From: an uncultured delta proteobacterium
GTDB lineage: Bacteria > Desulfobacterota > Binatia > Binatales > Binataceae
NCBI GenBank assembly: GCA_963793115.1
Contig: CAWBYV010000008.1
Location: 228,250-292,249, forward strand
DNA length: 64,000 nucleotides
Direction: 5' to 3'
How positions within the stretch are numbered: position 1 is the first letter of the stretch; each line of letters opens with the position of its first letter. Of this stretch, positions 60,610 through 64,000 are shown one piece after another. A program made the translations under genes and the position numbers. The notes under the pieces were generated by a model that made no database searches, had not been told where the DNA came from, and saw nothing but the letters and a program-made list of their open reading frames with translations.

Positions 60610-62926
60610 ATGCTCTCGCTGGCGCGCGGCAAGGAAGGCACTTTCCACCTGGTCTCCGGCTACCGGCCCCAGGGCGATCAACCCGCCGCGATCGACGCGC
60701 TCAACCGCAACCTCGTGGCGGGCGTCAAGCATCAGGTGCTGCTCGGGGTCACGGGCTCGGGCAAGACCTTCACGATGGCCAACGTGATCGCGGAGTTGAA
60801 TCGGCCCGCGCTCGTGATCGCGCCCAACAAGACCCTGGCCGCGCAGCTATACAACGAATTCAAGAGCCTGTTTCCGGAAAACGCGATCCGCTACTTCGTT
60901 TCGTATTACGACTACTATCAGCCCGAAGCCTACGTTCCTTCCACCGACACCTATATCGAGAAGGACGCCAGCATCAACGACGAGATCGACAAGTTGCGCC
61001 ATTCGGCGACCAAAGCCCTGCTGGAGCGCAACGATGTTTTGATCGTCGCCTCGGTCTCCTGCATCTACGGGCTTGGCGAGCCGGAAGTGTACTTCGACAT
61101 GCTGGTGTTTATCGAGGAGGGGCAGACTCTCGATCGCGACCGGGTGTTGCGCAAGCTGGTGGATATCCGGTACCAGCGCAACGACTACGATTTCCATCGC
61201 GGGACCTTCCGCGTGCGCGGCGACACGGTCGAGGTGTTCCCGGCCTATGAAGAGAGCCGGGCGGTGCGGGTCGAGTTTTTCGGCGATCAGGTCGAGGCGC
61301 TGTACGAGATCGATCCGCTGCGCGGCAAGGTGATTCGCAAGCTCCAGAGCGTCGCGATCTATCCCGCCTCGCATTACGTAACGACCTCCGACCGGATGGA
61401 AATCGCGGTCCGGAATATCCGCGCCGAGCTCAAGGAGCGGCTCGAATTCTTTCGCGCGCACGACCGGCTGCTCGAAGCTCAGCGCCTGGAGCAGCGCACG
61501 CTGTACGATCTGGAACTGCTGGCCGAGATGGGATTCTGCCCCGGAATCGAGAACTATTCGCGCCATCTGACCGGCCGCGCGCCGGGACAGTCGCCGCCCA
61601 CGCTGCTGGATTATTTCCCGGACAACTACCTGGTGTTCGTCAACGAGAGCCACGTCACCATCCCGCAGCTCGGCGGGATGTACCGCGGCGACCGATCGCG
61701 CAAGGGGACTCTGGTCGAGTTCGGCTTCCGGCTCCCGTCCGCGCTCGACAACCGGCCGCTGAACTTCGAGGAATGGGAGGGGCTGGTCAATCAGGCGATA
61801 TATGTTTCGGCGACCCCCGGCGACTACGAGCTCAAGAAGTCCGATGGGCTGGTGGTCGAGCAACTGATCCGTCCCACCGGGCTTATCGATCCCGAGATCG
61901 AAGTTCGCAAGGCCGGGCACCCAGGTCGACGATCTGCTGGAGGAAATCCGCAAACGGGTCGAGGCGAAGGAGCGCGTGCTGGTCACCTGCCTGACCAAGA
62001 AGATGGCCGAAGACCTGACCGACTACTACCACGACCTGGCCGTGAGGGTCCGTTACCTGCACTCGGATATCGAGACCATCGAGCGCGTCGAGATAATCCG
62101 CAGCCTGCGCAAGGGCGATTTCGACGTGCTGGTGGGAATCAATTTGCTGCGCGAGGGTCTCGACTTGCCCGAAGTCTCGCTGGTCGCGATCCTCGACGCC
62201 GACAAGGAGGGCTACTTGCGCTCGGCCCGCTCGCTTATCCAGACCATCGGGCGCGCCGCCCGCAATCTGAACGGCAAGGTAATCATGTACGCCGACCTGA
62301 TGACCGGGTCGATGCGCCGCGCGATCGACGAGACCTATCGCCGCCGCGCCAAACAGCTCGCCTACAACCAGGCCAACGGCATCACGCCCACCACGATCGT
62401 AAAGGCGATCGACGCCTCGCTGGTCGAGATGTACTCGCCGGAATGGGCGGTGGTGCCCGAGATCGAAGAGTCCACCCGGAAAGAGGAGTTCATTCCGCCG
62501 CACGAGCTTCCCGATCAGATCACCAATCTGCGCCGCGAGATGATGGAAGCGGCGGTGAAGCTCGAATACGAACACGCCGCTCAGTTGCGCGACAAGATCA
62601 AGCGGCTGGAGCGGATGGCGTTCGGGCTCGATAAACCGAAACCGGCCGCGCCGGCGAAGCCGCCGGGCAGCGCCCATTCGGGCGCCAGCGACCAGGCGCG
62701 CGGACGGCACGAAGGTCACAAGGTCGTCGGAGTGAGCAGCGAGAAGCAGCTTCCGGGCCGGACGCGAGGAACGTCGCGGGGCAGGCACCACCGCTGCGGG
62801 CGGCACCGCCGCGGGCAGCACCGCTGCGGGCGCGTCGCAGAAGCAGGGCCGCTTGAAGCTGGTTCCAGATCGGCCGGAGTAAGCGGGAACGAAAGTTGCG
62901 AATCATCTCACTCGAACGGGTACTGA
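60610..62926 (+). CDS. uvrB: excinuclease ABC subunit B (frame break near 61915; C-terminal low-complexity tail may be artefactual)
   Basis: Walker A ([15 protein letters not shown]). Helicase motifs and the beta-hairpin region in ORF 60610..62634 up to roughly 61915. Continuation ..[68 protein letters not shown].. and the UvrB/UvrC-interaction helix ([12 protein letters not shown]) in ORF 61976..62926. Confidence 0.85.
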
Positions 62927-63639
62927 TCGCCGTCACTGACTTCGGCCGATCGTGCGAGAACTGGCGCAACGCGGGCTTCTCGCTTGAGGTCGCCGCAGAC
63001 TTGAGCGGCGGAATCCGCAGCGCACGGTTTGCCGCGGGCGCCGTGACCGTCGAGCTCTGCGCTTCGCAGGGCGAGCTCGACAGAGCCAATCCGATGGCGG
63101 TTCAGATGGCGGAGGCAGCCGCGCGCGGCGGCGGTATCTTCGGATGGCTCTGGGGCGTGGCCGATGTGGACGGCGAGCTGTTCGCCGAGCGCTCGCGGGC
63201 TCATGAGCTGCTCGATGGAGTCTTCACCGGCGCGGTCGCGAAGTCGCGCGCAGCCGGCCCGCGCACGATCCCAGCCAATGCCAACACGGTCGCTTACCTG
63301 GAGCACATGGTCGTGATGGTCCCGCAACTCGACGAGGCGATCGTGGCCTTCGAGCGCGTCGGCGTTCCCTGCAAGCGGATTCGCGAGGCTGGGCGCGGGA
63401 TGCGCCAGGCGTTCTTCAAGCTCGAGCAGAGCGTGTTCGAGCTGGTCGGACCGTCGGGCTCGGAACCCCGCTGCTGGGGACTCGCGTTCATGTGCGACGA
63501 TGCGTCCGCGGCGGTCGCAGTCGCGCGGCGCAACGGATTGCAGGCAACCGAGCCGAAGCCCGCGATCCAGGGCGGGCGTATCGCGCGAATCGTCGCGCCG
63601 CTCGACGCCGTCGCCGTCGCCTTCATGGACAAGGGCTAG
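62896..63639 (+). CDS. two-domain VOC-family (glyoxalase-like) protein
   Basis: 247 aa. Two repeats of the VOC beta-alpha-beta-beta-beta pattern ([12 protein letters not shown].. and [23 protein letters not shown]..). Confidence 0.55.
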   Translation: MRIISLERVLIAVTDFGRSCENWRNAGFSLEVAADLSGGIRSARFAAGAVTVELCASQGELDRANPMAVQMAEAAARGGGIFGWLWGVADVDGELFAERSRAHELLDGVFTGAVAKSRAAGPRTIPANANTVAYLEHMVVMVPQLDEAIVAFERVGVPCKRIREAGRGMRQAFFKLEQSVFELVGPSGSEPRCWGLAFMCDDASAAVAVARRNGLQATEPKPAIQGGRIARIVAPLDAVAVAFMDKG

Positions 63640-63775
63640 CGTCGCCGGCGAGCCGGTTTGCCCGGCCCGGGCCCGCTGAAGGGAGGTGCCTGAGCCGGCG
63701 TCCCTGGCCGATTGCCTCGTTCCCCGCCTCGATGATATAAAATCCTACAGTATGTTATCTGGAGGAGGGGTGGGC

Positions 63776-64000
63776 ATGCGCGGGCATACGTATACGCGGC
63801 GTTCGATCTCGCGGTTCGGGGGATTGCTGTCCGGATTTGCGCTGGTCGCAGTAACGGCGATGATCGCGATCGCGGGCACTCCCGGCAGCGCCGGCGACAC
63901 GACCGCCGACGTGGCTCTGGGGCAGACCGATTTCGTCCATAACATGGCGAATTTCGGCGGCCTCAACGTGCTCAATGCGCCGGGCGGGGTCGCGATCGAC
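63776..64000 (+). CDS. hypothetical secreted protein (5' partial in window)
   Basis: GGAGGAGGGG then ATG 63776. Signal-like hydrophobic segment, then LGQTDFVHNMANFGG.. suggesting a beta-propeller (NHL-like) repeat protein. Truncated by the window end. Confidence 0.3.
   Translation, partial: MRGHTYTRRSISRFGGLLSGFALVAVTAMIAIAGTPGSAGDTTADVALGQTDFVHNMANFGGLNVLNAPGGVAID

Overview
The window is a 64-kb, high-GC (roughly two-thirds GC) chromosomal segment from a Gram-negative bacterium, dominated by core-genome genes, about 70% coding. Envelope markers are an LpxL-like lipid A acyltransferase, an ArnT-like GT39 glycosyltransferase, an OmpA lipoprotein, olsBA and uppP. Core gene content, in order, is as follows. 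(1) rpsF-priB-rpsR-DUF2232-rplI ribosomal cluster, then GST, glgC, the LpxL-like acyltransferase and the convergent ArnT-like glycosyltransferase. (2) CDGSH protein, serine hydrolase, DMT transporter, uppP and glyA. (3) TetR/SDR and thioesterase/ADH module, then ornithine-lipid genes olsB-olsA. (4) SOS mutagenesis cassette imuA-imuB-dnaE2. (5) Coenzyme F420 cluster cofG-cofH-cofD-cofE fused to a polyprenyl-diphosphate synthase. (6) mazEF toxin-antitoxin pair. (7) A roughly 2.7-kb lower-GC islet of hypothetical genes: Cys/His-rich proteins, an HNH-nuclease-domain protein with a small upstream partner, and a secreted protein. (8) 2-oxoacid dehydrogenase E1alpha/E1beta/E2 plus ADH, an orphan nuoB-nuoF-nuoG operon, and uvrB. 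The most striking non-genic signal is a family of REP/MITE-like palindromic repeat units (head TACCCTCACCCGG, tail CCTCTCCC..TGGTCAGGGAGAGG). At least seven units cluster in 6 kb around imuA-imuB-dnaE2. Two are read through in frame inside imuB, and an inverted pair sits inside dnaE2. A perfect 18-bp direct repeat brackets the mazEF module. More than 20 genes show frame breaks. Every break I resolved sits at a short G/C homopolymer, so I treat them as sequencing or assembly indels, not pseudogenes. No rRNA, tRNA or CRISPR array was found.
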